Assembly (NCBI GenBank): GCA_051744695.1
Contig: JBNJDH010000001.1
Span: forward strand, 1-39,056
DNA: 39,056 bases
Reading direction: 5' to 3'
From: Bacteroidota bacterium
GTDB taxonomy: Bacteria; Bacteroidota; Bacteroidia; Bacteroidales; Marinilabiliaceae
Positions 37,892-39,056 of the stretch are shown in pieces (position 1 is the stretch's first letter; each line of letters opens with the position of its first letter). The position numbers and the translations under genes are program-made. The notes under the pieces are model-generated. The model was not told where the DNA came from and did no database searches. It saw only the letters and a program-made list of their open reading frames with translations.

Positions 37892-38815
37892 ATGAAAATT
37901 ACAGACATTTTCAACAAGCAGGAAAGAACTTTTTCTTTCGAATTTTTTCCACCCAAAGATTACACTTTAGCAATCAAATTTGGCATCAATGCCGGCCAAT
38001 TGATGAAGCTTTCTCCCTCATTTGTATCAGTTACCTATGGTGCAGGAGGAAGCACGCAGAGCAACACCTTTGATCTCGTAGATCTATTTCAGAATCAACT
38101 GGGTTTCACCACCATGGCCCATTACACTTGTGTGAATGCCACCAAAGAAAAGATCGCTTATGACATGCGAGTTCTTCAGGACATGGGCATAGAAAACCTC
38201 ATGCTTCTTCGTGGAGACAAGCCCAAAAATGAAGAAATGCTGAACCCCAATCCGGACGGATTCAACTATGCAAGTGACCTTGTTTCTTTTGTAAAAGAAA
38301 ACTATGATTTCTGCGTAGGTGGCGGCGCTTATCCGGAAAAACATATTGAAGCAGGCACACTTGATGAAGACCTGGAAAACCTGAAGAAAAAAGTAGATGC
38401 GGGAACCGATTTTCTCGTCACACAATTCTTCTTCGACAACAAATACTACTGGGAATTTGTCAATAAAGCGGAACAAAAAGGCATCAAATGCCGCATCATC
38501 CCGGGCATCGTTCCCATCACCAACTACAAGCAGATTAAAAAATTCGGAGATATGGTGGGCGCAAAAATTCCTGAGGAAATATCCAGCAGAATGGAACCTG
38601 TTCAGGACAACCTGAAAGAAGTGTACAAAATAGGGCTTGAAATCGCAATTGACCAAGTATCAGACTTATTGAATAATGATGCCCCGGGCGTCCATTTTTA
38701 CACCCTCAACCGATCTTCTGCTGCCATTGCACTTTACGAATCACTTTCGCAGGAATTCAAAGATGTAAAAATGTTGTACGAAAAGAGTTTCAACAAGCAC
38801 ATCACCAGCGCCTGA
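37892..38815 (+). CDS. metF: 5,10-methylenetetrahydrofolate reductase
   Basis: FSFEFFPPK, SVTYGAGGST, AHYTC, LRGD, YPEKH, KKVDAG, TQFFFD, HFYTLNRS. Confidence 0.96.
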   Translation: MKITDIFNKQERTFSFEFFPPKDYTLAIKFGINAGQLMKLSPSFVSVTYGAGGSTQSNTFDLVDLFQNQLGFTTMAHYTCVNATKEKIAYDMRVLQDMGIENLMLLRGDKPKNEEMLNPNPDGFNYASDLVSFVKENYDFCVGGGAYPEKHIEAGTLDEDLENLKKKVDAGTDFLVTQFFFDNKYYWEFVNKAEQKGIKCRIIPGIVPITNYKQIKKFGDMVGAKIPEEISSRMEPVQDNLKEVYKIGLEIAIDQVSDLLNNDAPGVHFYTLNRSSAAIALYESLSQEFKDVKMLYEKSFNKHITSA

Positions 38816-38929
38816 TCGTTGGGATTTATGAATCTCATTTATAGGCACATAAACACCTTTGGGAATTAAACAAATTGTTTTTCTGCATTTTAATTGCTGC
38901 AAAAGCTTGTATTTTATTAAGCTGTTATA

Positions 38930-38937
38930 TAAGTTTG
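38930..38937 (+). promoter_or_regulatory. Candidate -7 box for a gene beyond the window
   Basis: TAAGTTTG followed by CATCCG. Confidence 0.45.
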
Positions 38938-39056
38938 CATCCGCAGAATGAAAAAAAATTTGTCATTTTATCATTTTTCGGCATAAATTGATCACGAAAA
39001 AATAAAGCTGGACCGTAATGAATTGTTTTATCAAACACAGCTTTAGACTATTGTGA

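Noticed and set aside
39040-39056. AGACTATTG near the window end as a MITE right end
   Set aside because: Lacks the preceding AAAAGTTTAAC, and there is no CAATAG left end about 136 bp upstream.

Overview
Mostly core chromosome of a Bacteroidota bacterium, judged from TAnnTTTG -7 promoter boxes and typical gene neighbourhoods; Marinilabiliales-like affinity is only an inference. Gene order: M23 peptidase C-terminus, MerR-type regulator, Nif3, C4 zinc-ribbon protein, TPM-TPM-lemA, sodium:solute symporter, recR, HAD phosphatase, GT2, TPR/PD40 protein, GNAT, HsdR-N protein, AMP nucleosidase, holA, rhomboid, class IV aminotransferase, yqgE, an isolated wza-wzc pair, DUF5103, a complete nqrABCDEF-apbE locus followed by two small NqrM-like membrane ORFs, a fused 2-oxoacid dehydrogenase E1, metH and metF. 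The unusual signal is intergenic. (1) Five diverged copies of a 136-bp MITE with CAATAG...CTATTG ends and individual 5-6-bp target duplications lie in the first 9.2 kb. Two of them, from different internal subtypes, carry an identical 20-bp palindrome (CCTGCCTGACGGCAGGCAGG) at the same position with no duplication. (2) Two other palindromic elements sit at stop codons on either side of the aminotransferase gene. (3) A diverged copy of the nqrE-nqrF intergenic leader lies between the two NqrM-like genes, enclosed by inverted repeats. I saw no transposase, CRISPR array, rRNA or tRNA. All alignments were done by eye.
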